From Eledone cirrhosa (taxonomy: Eukaryota), in assembly GCA_964016885.1 (NCBI GenBank), contig OZ024742.1:41168001-41232000 (forward strand): a DNA stretch of 64,000 nt, written 5' to 3'. Within the stretch, counting starts at the first letter, position 1. Each line of letters starts with the position of its first letter. The position numbers and the translations under genes are program-made. The notes below the pieces were generated by a model, which worked only from the letters and a program-made list of their open reading frames with translations, did no database searches and was not told the DNA's origin. Positions 12,912 through 25,088 of this stretch are shown here, piece after piece.

Positions 12912-14096
12912 CAACACAAGAAGATGTGAACTCCCCTCAAGCTATAGGGACTTCTACAGAACATGAAAACACCTCTCGGCCAGACCTCCCTCAAGCTATA
13001 TGGACAATTACAACACCCTAGGTTGTGAACTCCCCTCAAGCCATAGGGAACAACCCAGGCGGAGCAGACACCATGATAGCCTAGAGATAGAATCGGACAC
13101 AGCCATAATAATCTGGCCAACATCTATAACACAAACACTTTTAATTTACCAGATTTCTGACTTTAAAGTTCCAATCTTAAATCTTGATTTCTCTTTATTA
13201 ATTTGTTATTTGTTTTCTGCCCTCTTCACTGTATAACCTTATTTTAAGTTGAGATAGATTATAACACAAACACATTGAATATCTCATCTTAACATCTTGT
13301 ATCATACCAATCTATCCAACATATTCTGACCTTGAGATTGGTTATAGCACACACACACACACACACACTTTATCCTACATTATTTCTCACTTCTCCATAT
13401 ACATTATCATTACTTTTTCACCAATCTCTCATTTACTCTTTATTCTTTATTCTCTATTTATTTATTTATTTTCAAATTACACAAATTATATTAATTATTT
13501 TATTTTATTATATTATTTATTTATCTTCTGTTTTCTTCATTTATTGCCTTATATTTCTTCATATACATGAAATAAACCCCCCCCCCCCGCCACCACCACT
13601 AAGATGGTGGCGGGTGGGATGAAGAGAAAACACAAACTGAATACTTCTAAATTGTTAGCAGCAGCAAGGTATAAGCTGACCACTACAACAACAACAGTAC
13701 CAAAATAATGGTGGAGGTCAAATGTACTGAACAATAGCAGGCATAAACACCACAGGGAGCCTCACCCCAGAAAGAATTCTATAGACTTCTGACTGAGGAA
13801 TGCTCTCAGAACTGAACAATGGGAAGTTTGACACATTTTTTGATATTTTGTTCCTTCAACACCTTGTCCCTTCTACCATTTTATCAATTTTTAAGCTAAC
13901 TCCAACAATGACAACACTAATAACTGACCAATGAGAGGAGAAGGGGACCTGTGACACGGAAATTCGTTTGTTTGAATTCATATGACTCCAGTTCCCCAGT
14001 GAATTAACAACCCAGCAAGGAACTGGGCATATCAGAGTATTGACAATATCATACACCTAAACAACATATGTACTTGTCTATACCATACTAATTCAA

Positions 14097-14151
14097 ACTG
14101 CCTGAAGAGGTCACAGCCAAAGATGGCTGTCACTGAAATATATATAGCAGT
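14097..14151 (+). ncRNA. Hammerhead ribozyme, inverted copy of 8254-8308
   Basis: Same motif on the plus strand. Confidence 0.88.
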
Positions 14152-14195
14152 AATAAACGAAGCTAAATTTTAATCATTTGACTTTTATTTAACTT

Positions 14196-14283
<88 letters not shown>

Positions 14284-14289
14284 GTAAAA

Positions 14290-14665
14290 AAGAAAAAAAA
14301 CAGTAGAAAATACTAAAGGGATTTTTTATCGGGATAACAGCAAAACATTTATTGACAAAATAGGAATTTCCGCATTATTCGTACCGGTTTCAGCTTATAG
14401 GCTTCTTCATGCGACGGAAGTGTATAATGCAATTAAATTGCATATTAATAAGTGGGAAAAAAATTTTTTTTACATATATATATAGACAAAAGTTCACATT
14501 TTTGTCTGTAGTTTTCAGTCTTTCTCTCTTCGTGTTGACCTTAGCTGCGTCACGATTAATTGTGGCAGTAACAGGGGAGAATCAGTTTGTTCTGTTTAAG
14601 CTGTTGGCCTCGAAGCCTATAAGCTGAAACTGGTATGAATAATACGGAAATTTCTATTTTGTAAA
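14290..14665 (-). mobile_element. Short PLE-like 3' fragment with an HHR-like motif (14379-14414) and a ~50-bp inverted copy (14612-14662)
   Basis: tcg cATGAAGA agc-ctataa-gct GAAA ccgg TA cga; the core has an extra or altered base. Confidence 0.6.
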
Positions 14666-14741
14666 TATCAACTCGATATATATATCAACTCGTATGTCAC
14701 TTCTCTACATTCTAGATACATATATATATGTGTGTGTGTGT

Positions 14742-14825
<84 letters not shown>

Positions 14826-15070
14826 ACATTTTGACATGCTTAAGACGTTTACTAATATTGGGTTACAGTAACAAACTTGTAATGAATACCACAGCTAAAT
14901 TATTTCCTTTCATGATGACTCATGATAATTTCTGAAGGTGTCACCTACACTCCCTAGAGCCTCCAAGACTGTAAGTTACTTCTATGATGGACTAGGTCTT
15001 GTACTCTCAGTCACTTAACACTAATCAAACCAGGATAAGCTCCGGTTGGATGATATTCTGGGCTTGTCAT

Positions 15071-15236
15071 CAGTACCGGATTTACCATTATGCTTAGGTG
15101 TGCTTAGACACGGGGCCCCGTTGGCCAGGGACCCCATCTTCCTGCCAAAAAATGTTTTTAACCTCCTTCGGGGCTCAAATAAGGGGCCTCATAACTTAAC
15201 TAGCACAGGGCCTCATTTGTCCTAAATCTGACACTA
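15071..15236. mobile_element. Degenerate hAT-like MITE
   Basis: Imperfect terminal inverted repeats CAGTACCGGATTTA...TAAATCTGACACTA with GGGCCC-rich subterminal motifs. Confidence 0.5.
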
Positions 15237-15485
15237 ATTGTGATAGACTTTAACTTTTAAATCACTTAACAACTCCCTATGGTGCTATACAGAAATATGA
15301 ACTGAGCCAGTGAGGGATATGTTTCTTTGCCAGAGATTCAGCACAGGACCCGTGATAGACACTCGCTTCTTTCCAATGTCTATGTAGGCCTATTGAGACA
15401 CTCAACACTTAACATATGTAAACTGTACTGTTATTCAAGTTAATCAAAGTAAATTTACTTCTCTCTCTCTCTCCCTATCTGTCTC

Positions 15486-15581
<96 letters not shown>

Positions 15582-15726
15582 CAAATTTCAAATATAATAG
15601 ATATATATAGAGAGAGAGAGAAAGAACCATATATCGTAGAGAATACACAATATATTGTATATATACTAAATACATAGATTCAGAAAGTAATATGTACTTT
15701 AGATGGAATACATACATATATATATA

Positions 15727-15782
<56 letters not shown>

Positions 15783-16279
15783 AAAAGCACCTATTTTAAA
15801 GTCTTCCTACTTAAATTAGAATCGTCCAACATAATTTTACATAAGAATCATGTTAAGTTACTAACTTAGTAATCAAATAGTTAATCATTTAAGTAGTCAA
15901 TGTCTCAAAGTTCTTCGTTAATTGACTGAAATAGAGTGTATTTCCTTAGATATATAATTTCCTATGATCAATAAATATATTACTAAACACGTTTTCTACA
16001 GATCAGCATTGTGTGATGAGAGTTGCATGGTGTTATGACCCCTAAAATGATTTAGCGTAGGTCAGTGTGGCCTGTGGTCTGTGTAGTGGAAAATATAGAC
16101 TTTGTAATTTTCTATTTGTTGTCAGAGCAAGAAGTGTCAAAAACTAGATTTGTCAATTTATCCAACTGTGAGTTGAAATATTATTGGAAAGAACGGAGCA
16201 TACATTATACGGCTGCGCTAGGAGATTAGATATTTAAACACTGGCTCTGTGTTTATGTGTGTATGCATATAACCGTATG

Positions 16280-16586
16280 CAAGGGCCTTGTTTCAGGGGG
16301 TACCAGATGACAAGTCCCCCCCCACCACCACCACCACCACCACCACACACACACACACTTTTTGAAACGTCTATATTTTATTTCTTGTTTATTTGATATA
16401 ATAAATTCTTTTTAAGCTTATTTTTTTTATATCTGAACTTCATTTAAATATATAAAATTTAATTACCGTGAAATGTTACTTATGTGATAGGGTCCGGGAA
16501 AGGCACCATAAGCAATTTATGCTCCTTTAAGAATCAACAAATGTTGGTTTGTCCCCTTCACATTTTAAAGGCAAACGAGGCCCCTG
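16280..16586. mobile_element. hAT-type MITE
   Basis: TIR CAAGGGCCTTGTTT / AAACGAGGCCCCTG; perfect 8-bp TSD ACCGTATG; related copy at 56672-56963. Confidence 0.9.
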
Positions 16587-16929
16587 ACCGTATGCATCCC
16601 AGGTTTTAGAAAATATCGTATTTCTGTGTGTCGTAAGAAGTGACTAAAAGGTTCATCCCTGGGCATCTACCCGGATAATACGACCTCAGAAGGTTCCATC
16701 CAACCCATGCCAGTATGGAAAAGCAGACGCAGACATAGAAATAATAATCATATATATATATATACACATGTGTGTGTGTGTGTGTGTGTGTTGAACGATA
16801 TCAATCTTAATACACCGAAACCCGTAGTGATTTCCAGAAGTTGACTGAGGAGATGAGACTGTCCGTCTTTCGGTGGTGATTTTCCATTGTCTTTATCCTG
16901 TGCACCTCCTATTTTGAATATACACACGC

Positions 16930-16991
<62 letters not shown>

Positions 16992-17107
16992 CGGTAAACA
17001 TGTTGACTAATTGGGGTTACGTAAGTAACACACCAATCAGTGAATAATGAGGCATTTTATTTTAAGCATTCAACGTCATGTATTTTCTTAAAAATATGAT
17101 TCGTCAG

Positions 17108-17179
<72 letters not shown>

Positions 17180-17409
17180 CAATCATGAACGCTGTACGGG
17201 AATCATTCCGTCATTACGTTAACAAAAGTTTGGTGAGCTTTTGATGCCAGAGTCGTGCTCGATCGATAGAAATCGAACCTTAGCTGATCAATCGCGGAAC
17301 GCGCGTCGCACCTAAATCTAAACTATAATAAAGAAAGGAGTGCGGGACTGCGTCCAGAATTTTTTTAATTTTTATCCCGTTTGTAAAATAAGTTGGATTA
17401 CTTTGAATA

Positions 17410-17600
17410 AATAATTGTTTCTACTTTAGGCACAAGGCCAGCAATTATCCCAGTGTATTACTGGTACTTTATTTTATCGACCCCGTAAGGATGAAAGGCA
17501 AAGTCAACCTCGGCGGGATTTGAACTCAGATGGTAAAGGGACGTAACCACGCTGGAAAGCATGGCGTCCGACCCTCTACCGATACTGCCAATCCACCGCC
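17410..17600 (-). mobile_element. tRNA-derived SINE, family A
   Basis: A box TGGCAGTATCGG, B box GAGTTCAAATCC, central GACTTTGCCTTTCATCCTTACGGGGTCGATAAAATAAAGTACCAG (resembles the Meta/MESC-type SINE core, from memory). Other copies: ~33937-34075, 37885-37970(+), 48043-48230, 57323-57418, 59215-59328, 61365-61557. Confidence 0.88.
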
Positions 17601-17662
17601 CTTAATAATGAATGAATATTACATAATTTATGTACTAAATTTCCTAACTCTTTTATTAAATA

Positions 17663-18497
17663 CTAGCAGTGGTACCCGACGTTGCACGGGATAAGGTATT
17701 TTGGAACGCGGGCCGCCAACAGACCTAATCGTGGAAAAACTGCATGCCTGGACAATATGTAAAGAAAATAAACCGAATACTCTGATGGCTGGATAATCTT
17801 TATGATTTCCCTCGATGAAGCAGGAAAAATGCAGATTTTCACCTAATGCGGGCCCTAGGGGATCAAGAAAATGAATTTTTTTTATGTGCATAATATGCCT
17901 TTAAATTTCGGGAAAATCGGCTAGATATAACGCCTCAAAAAAGCCCTAAAAAGCTGAAAAAATGAAGTTTTTCACCTAATGCGGGCCCTAGGCCATAAAA
18001 AAAGTTGGATTTTCTTTGCTCACGGTATGAAGAAGAGACTGACTAATACATAGTTACAATTTCAAGGAAATCGGTATGACGTAACGCCTCAAAAAACCCT
18101 TAAAAATCTTTAAAAACGCAGTTTTTCACCTAATGCGGGTCCTAGGAGATAAAAAAAAGTCGAGTTTTAGGAATTCAAACTCACAGACACACACAGGCAG
18201 ACATCCTCAGGGAAGTGACGTAATGCAGACAGTCAGACAGATATTATAAAGGCGCGACGTTATATGTATGTATCTATCTAAACAGAGAAAGACTAAGAAT
18301 TTTAGAGCGAGATCGCTAAATCGCCTAATGCGGTCCCTAGGGAATTGAAAATTTGAAATTTCTTTTCTCAGTACACTCCCTGAAACATCAGAATTACATG
18401 TGTAAAGTTTGAAAACAGTCGGTTGGGTGGTTCTCGAGTTTTAGGGATTCGAACTCACACACACACAGACAGACATCCTCAGTTTTATATATATAGA
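17663..18497 (-). mobile_element. Non-autonomous Helitron with internal repeats
   Basis: 5' TCTATATATATAAAA at 18497; 3' hairpin CCCGTGCAACGTCGGG then CTAG|T at 17663; four CCTAATGCGGKYCCTAGG-like motifs inside. Confidence 0.8.
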
Positions 18498-19100
18498 CTA
18501 GCAGAAAACCACCCGGTGGGCGGTTTTCTGCTAGCAAATCTAGTGTATATACTGATATTGTTGATATTTGGATGAGAAATGTTTTCGGCACCACATGTTC
18601 ACCGTCTCTCGGTGTGTCTTTTATGCATGTATAAATATATATGTTATCTATACGGTGAAATCTTTGAAATAAATATATGTTAAAACGAAAAAGGAGAAAA
18701 AAAGATTAGTGATGAAAATATAAACGTTATGATACATAAACATTATGATATAACGATGGAAATATATCTTCAAATGGTCCTTGGCATGGTGTCAGAACCG
18801 CCTCGAACTGGTTACTTCTGGCTTGTGCAAGGTGTCTCTATAGCAACCAGCGATTCCCTCGGCCTCAGTGACCAAAGTCAGTGGAGAGCGGAAGGTAATG
18901 TTTCTATAGCGACAGTGTTTCTCTTGGTAGAACCAAAGTGGAGAAAGGAAGGGGAAGGTAATATTTATGTAGCACCTACATTTGAGTTTTAGGGAAGGAC
19001 AGACAGACAGACAGACAGACAAACAGAGAAATGCCCATATCTTTCTGTGTGTGTGTATATATATATATATATTACACACACAGAAATGTATATATATTTC

Positions 19101-19131
<31 letters not shown>

Positions 19132-19133
19132 GT

Positions 19134-19280
19134 GGAGGCACATGGCTTAGTGGTTAGAGCATTGGCCTTGCAATCGAAAGGTTGTGAGCTCAATTCTCAG
19201 ACCGGGTGATGTGTTGTTTCCTTGAGCAAGACACTTTATTTCACATTGCTCCAGTTTACTCAGCTGTAGAAATGAGATGA
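19134..19280 (+). mobile_element. tRNA-derived CORE-like SINE, family B
   Basis: TGGCTTAGTGGTTAG A box, degenerate B box, CCTTGAGCAAGACACTTTATTTCAC core. Related pieces at ~2510, 4835, 44450, 46460, 53310-53600(-) and 61635. Confidence 0.75.
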
Positions 19281-19424
19281 TAGGACTGGGATCCATATCA
19301 TTAAGTCACCCAAGACACCTCCAACGAGATATACCTTGGAGGTGGCCAGCTAAACCTGCATAGGTGTGAGCTGTAACAACAACAACAACAAAGCTTCCAA
19401 TAATAAATATATACACATACATAC

Positions 19425-19858
19425 ATACAACCAACCTGATATTGTTGTTTGGAACCACACATTGAAAACGTGCTCTGTTGTAGAGATCAGCTGCGCACTT
19501 GACATCAACGTTGTAAGAAAAATACAAGAGAAGGAGAACATCTACGAGCCATTGCTGAGGAGTTTGCAAATCCAGTATCCAAGATACACTTTCAGTTTCA
19601 TACTCATCATTATTGGTGCTACAGGTTATATACCAGTCCGTTTGGTCTAAAGTATAACTGAACTTGGATTTGTGGACAAAGAGTGCAGCTCCCTAATTCA
19701 TAGACTGCAAATGGCTGAGATGGCTGACACCTTAAAAATCCTTCAAAATTTGCAAAACATTCTTGCGATTCAAGGTATGACAATTTCTTTTCTTTTACAA
19801 CCTTGCCACTAGGAAGGTGGCCGGTCAAAAATGTACTCTAAATTAAGAGAAAGAGAGA
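19425..19858 (+). mobile_element. 3' fragment of an RLE-type non-LTR retrotransposon (R2/R4/NeSL group)
   Basis: NQPDIVVWNHTLKTCSVVEISC...KENIYEPL...IIIGATGYIP matches a restriction-like endonuclease motif; bounded by (CATA)n. Confidence 0.75.
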
Positions 19859-19920
19859 CATACATACATACATACATACATACATACATACATACATACA
19901 TACATACATACATACATACA

Positions 19921-20515
19921 TGGTGGCTGCCAACTCGTTTTCGAGTACGGCCACTACTTTATATCCATGTAGGAGAACCCCTACCGATGCGCTGAACGAG
20001 TGTGACTTTTTAGTTCAGCCAGCGACTTGAAAACTCTGGTACAAACACTTCACTTGTGACAATTATTGACACATAGTGCTGGGCCCATGGTACCATGTAA
20101 CGACAAGTGCAGAGAGATCTCCAGATATAAAGCAATGCCTGTGCCGTGAAGCTTTTATAGTGAGCAAAGGCACTGCAAAAAGCCAGTCCCACTCTCTTAA
20201 CCAAGATGATATTTACCAAAAAGAATAACAAGCCAACATCATTGGATACCATCAGGGTTGCAGGTGTTATATCAGAGTTTTCCTTCTCCTAGAATTCTGC
20301 CTTGACAAAGGCTAAGGGGTCATCTCTCCCGGTGATTTTGGATGGCCATTGACTCTTAAGAGCTCCTTTGCCCTTTGAGAGGTTTTGTATCGAGTCCTGC
20401 AGGATGTCCAAAGTCACCCTCCTCACCAAGAAACCTTGGTGGGGTTGCCAGTTTGTACTGGTAACATGTATCCCAGTACAACCTGTCTCATGGTCGGGTC
20501 GTTGGCGACTAAACA
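19921..20515 (-). mobile_element. Non-autonomous bipartite RTE derivative (~0.6 kb)
   Basis: RTE 3' end joined at ~20100 to non-coding sequence absent from the adjacent coding copy; same junction at ~5650. Confidence 0.7.
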
Positions 20516-20551
20516 TGCATACATACATACATACATACATACATACATACA

Positions 20552-20583
<32 letters not shown>

Positions 20584-20584
<1 letters not shown>

Positions 20585-22216
20585 GGTGGCTGCCAACTCG
20601 TTTTCGAGTACGGCCACTACTTTATATCCATGTAGGAGAACCCCTACCGATGTGCTGAAAGAGTGTGGCTTTTTAATCCAGCCAGCGAATTGAAAACTCT
20701 GGTACAAACACGACACTTGTGACAATTATTGACACCTAGTGCTGGGCCCATGGTACCATGTGACCCAAGGTGTCGTGTGAGATCACTACTCGACCTGCAT
20801 ACCCTTCCACAAACATTACATGTCGTCGTCTGATGAACACTTATAGCCCCACAGGTGCCTGCTTCCCTGTTCTTGTGCACTCTCAGGTGACTCTTTAGAC
20901 CTGCCATGCTCAGACAAACCCTATTACAGGTCTCACATGTCAGGTCAGGCAGTCTGTCAGTGCCTTCGGGAAAGCCAACATGGATTCCTTTCCGGACATC
21001 TCTTTTTAGTGTCGCGTGCCTTCTTCTTGTTTCCTCAAATAGACTCTTGCCACTAGCCACTGCTTTCCTCCAATGCGATCGGTCGATAGCGCATGCTTCC
21101 CAGTGCTCACAAGGGATGTTACTTTTCTTGAGCGCCCCCTTGATGCAGTCCTTAAATCGCATCTTGGGTTTGCTCGCGTTCCTTTTTCCCATTTGGAGCT
21201 CGCCATAAAGCAGCTACTTCGGCATTCGCTTGTCATTCATCCTTACAAGATGGCCTGTCCAGCGCAGCTGATGTTTCAAAATCAAGGACTCGACACTCTC
21301 ACAGCCACTTCTGTCCAGAACCTCGACGTCACTGACAAACATTTGCCAAGTTATGCCGAGGATCCGACGTAAGCAGTACTGGTGGAACCTCTCAGGTCGC
21401 TTCATCTGTCTACGGTAGACCACCCACGTCTCACAAGCATAAAGAAGTGCCGCGAGCACACACGCATGATACAATTTGAGCTTTGTCTTTACCGAAATTC
21501 CGTGTTGAGACCAGAGACGCTTGTTCAGTTTTCCAAAAGCATCACTGGCTTTCTGTATCCTGTTTGATATTTCCCCATCAAGATCGCAGGACATACTCAG
21601 AGTGCTTCCAAGATATACAAAACTGCCAACGACCTTTAGCCTTTAACCATAAACCAAGATGTTGGGCTCACAACATGGCTTCCCGGGGGCTGGTTGGTAC
21701 ATGGCTACTGTCTTTTTCAAGCTTATGGTAAGTCCCAATGCAGTACACGCATTAGAAAATGCATCCATGAGATGCATATCAATCTCCGTGTGCGCTACCA
21801 GGTCACAGTCATCTGCATAAAGCAAATCCCTGATTAGTGACAAGTGAACCTTTGACTTAGCATTGAACCTCCTGATATTAAACAGCTTTCCAGTTGATCG
21901 ATAGCGAACATATATACCATGATTGCAGTTCCCGAAGGCCTGTTCGAAAACAATGGAGAAGTACAAAGCAAAGAGCGTTGGAGCTGGAATGTCAACCTGT
22001 TTGACTCCATTCTCGACCGTCACCGGCTCAGAGAGCTTTCCACCAACATTTACCCATGCCTTCATGTCATCATGGAACAAACGCAAAATGGAAACAAACT
22101 TCTCAGGGCACCCCAGCTTCCTCAAGATATCCCATAAAGCCTTTCTGTTGACCGTGTCAAACGCCTTTGTCAGATCAACAAACACCTGGTAGAGATCCAC
22201 ATTCTGCTCAACACAC

Positions 22217-22217
<1 letters not shown>
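20584..22217 (-). mobile_element. RTE-clade LINE, 5'-truncated and frameshifted, with C-terminal C2H2 zinc fingers and a (TATG)n tail
   Basis: FVDLTKAFDTVNR, NGVKQ, LLYADDCDL, LLYACETW, LRWTGHLVRM, CETCNRVCLSMAGLKSHLRVH. Confidence 0.92.
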
Positions 22218-22247
<30 letters not shown>

Positions 22248-22270
22248 CATACATACATACATACATACAT

Positions 22271-23081
<811 letters not shown>

Positions 23082-23087
23082 TGAGGG

Positions 23088-23149
<62 letters not shown>

Positions 23150-23153
<4 letters not shown>

Positions 23154-23340
23154 TTCTTTATTTGCCACAAGGGCGCACAAGAAAAGGGGACAATACAAAG
23201 TCATATGGCTGGGATTTTACATACAGTCGTGTAAAAAGGTTTTAACATGAAAATATAACAATCCCCAATAAGGGGGAGGGGGCGTTACAAATGGGTTGTT
23301 TTATACCCCGTAGATAGAACAACCCTCAAATCTAGGAGCA
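23150..23340 (-). mobile_element. L1/Tx1-like 3' UTR end
   Basis: Reverse complement ends TGTCCCCTTTTCTTGTGCGCCCTTGTGGCAAATAAAGAAAT, similar to 54860-54902. Confidence 0.6.
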
Positions 23341-23535
23341 TGTTGTGCAAGTGCTCCTTTCTTTTTTTCGCTCTAGATAGATATACAGTCAATCGAGAAG
23401 ATCCCAAACCTCGTTTACTTAACGAGTGGGATGGAGCACATCAAACCGGATCGAAGAAACAATGATTCCATTGGTCTTTCCAATTGCTAATACTATCTAC
23501 CGGTCGCAAATCCAGGCAAAAGGATCAATGGGAAT

Positions 23536-24335
23536 CGTACAGATGTACACTAATGCTAGCAAATATATAAGTTATGTCAAAGTACCTAGGTGGTTCTATG
23601 CAGGGGGATGCAGAACAATTATATGAAAGATGTAAAATAAGAAAATTTTAAAAATTAAAAATTAACTTACTTACTAAAATTTTCCCTCCAACTAATTAGT
23701 TTCTGTAATGGGATAAATATAGTTACACAATATAACTATCGAGAATTCATTACGTCTAGTGTACATCTGTACGCATATGTTGGTAGATGTATTAATTCTC
23801 TATATTTATCTCCAAATTATTTGTTGAGCAAACTTGCCAAATCTACTGCTAATTCATTGTAGTAGTAGTAGTAGGCTCTTGTCATAATACCACCCCACTC
23901 CTAACTGACTAACCTCAGTGTCACGTGATTGATTCTTTAGAATCTGCCATTGACCAGAGGCAGTGAACTTTTTCAGTGCTATGGAATTTAGTCCTCGCTA
24001 GCTTATTACATCCACTGAATTATTATTTTTATATGGGTTCCTAGTGTCCGCGCATTGCCTGGGAACTTAGCTGAGAATAGAGTCCCTGATGACGTAATGA
24101 ATTCTCGATAGTTATATTGTGTAACTATATTTATCCCATTACAGAAACTAATTAGTTGGAGTGAACATTTTAGAAAGTAAGTTAATTTTTAATTTTTAAA
24201 ATTTTCTTATTTTACGTCTTTCATATAATTGTTCTGCATCCCCCTGCATAGAACCACCTAGGTACTTTGACATAACTTATATATTTGCTAGCATTAGTGT
24301 ACATATGTACGCATATGTTGGTAGATGTATTAATT
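23536..24335 (+). mobile_element. Non-coding HHR mini-element: 538-nt monomer, 41-bp terminal direct repeat, 221-bp 5' inverted copy
   Basis: Direct repeat 23757-23797 / 24295-24335; 23536-23756 is the reverse complement of 24091-24311; HHR 24083-24160 (tcc CTGATGA c gtaatg..cattac a GAAA ctaattag TT gga). Confidence 0.8.
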
Positions 24336-24408
24336 ATATATATATATATATTCCGGTCAGCATGGCTTCATTAGAGATTTAAAGACGCTGGTTTGAGACC
24401 TTTACTTC

Positions 24409-24443
24409 CCTCCGAAGAAGAGATATTATCTCGAAAATTAAGG
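24409..24443 (+). ncRNA. Hammerhead variant (U4->C) in a short TA-flanked fragment
   Basis: cct CCGAAGA a gagat-att-atctc GAAA at TA agg. Confidence 0.6.
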
Positions 24444-24570
24444 ACATTTAAATAAATTCAAGGTGAAAGACGAATTCACATCAATATCTTTCACTATTGC
24501 ATTCTTTTTTCTATGTCCATACCTGCATTGTCTTGGCCTTATTACACATATTCTAACGTATATATATATA

Positions 24571-24636
<66 letters not shown>

Positions 24637-24643
<7 letters not shown>

Positions 24644-25054
24644 AGATCAAAAGATGGTTAAAGGAGTTCCATATATTTTATTATGTGCATTTCAAAAACA
24701 AACATCATCAAGCAATAATATTTGTGTTTTCATCAGATAAAACAGGAGAACATGATATGAAGGCTAAAAAACACTTGTGGATAGTGCGGCTTTAAATCAA
24801 CATATGTTGATTTAAAGCTGCACTATCCACAAGTGTTTTTTAGCCTTCATATCATGTTCTCCTGTTTTATCTGATGAAAACACAAATATTATTGCTTGAT
24901 GATGTTTGTTTTTGAAATGCGCATAATAAAATATATGGAACTCCTTTAACCATCTTTTGATCTTATATTATGCATACTCAAGTCCCACAAACTGTAGAGT
25001 GCTTCTTATCCGATATCTGCATTGCTTTATTGTACTACAATAAAACTCACCTCC

Positions 25055-25057
<3 letters not shown>
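24637..25057 (+). mobile_element. Loop-less palindrome 24637-24970 plus unpaired tail; HHR on both arms (24865-24931 +, 24676-24742 -)
   Basis: Centre AACATATGTT at 24799-24808; ttttat CTGATGA [long stem II] GAAA tgcgca TA ataaaa. Confidence 0.88.

Positions 25058-25085
<28 letters not shown>

Positions 25086-25088
<3 letters not shown>

Larger units (their letters stand above)
8110..14202 (-). mobile_element. Penelope-like retroelement of Naiad type: full monomer 12289->8110 plus inverted 3' copy 12288-14202, in (TA)n
   Basis: RT and GIY-YIG ORFs; 60-bp direct terminal repeat 8110-8169 / 12230-12289; 8203-10117 is inverted at 12288-14202; HHR near the 3' end. Confidence 0.93.

Noticed and set aside
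9494-14060. Selenoprotein/SECIS as reported for some Naiads
   Set aside because: No in-frame UGA at Cys positions in either Naiad endonuclease; the ATGA-led hairpin near 13980 lacks the matching GA quartet.
16810-17330. Partial hammerhead-like strings at ~16815, ~17100 and ~17285
   Set aside because: Core or stems incomplete; could be decayed PLE ends but not supportable.
17820-18345. Regularly spaced ~20-bp repeats, CRISPR-like at first sight
   Set aside because: Spacers are long and partly homologous; these are Helitron internal repeats in eukaryotic DNA with no cas genes.
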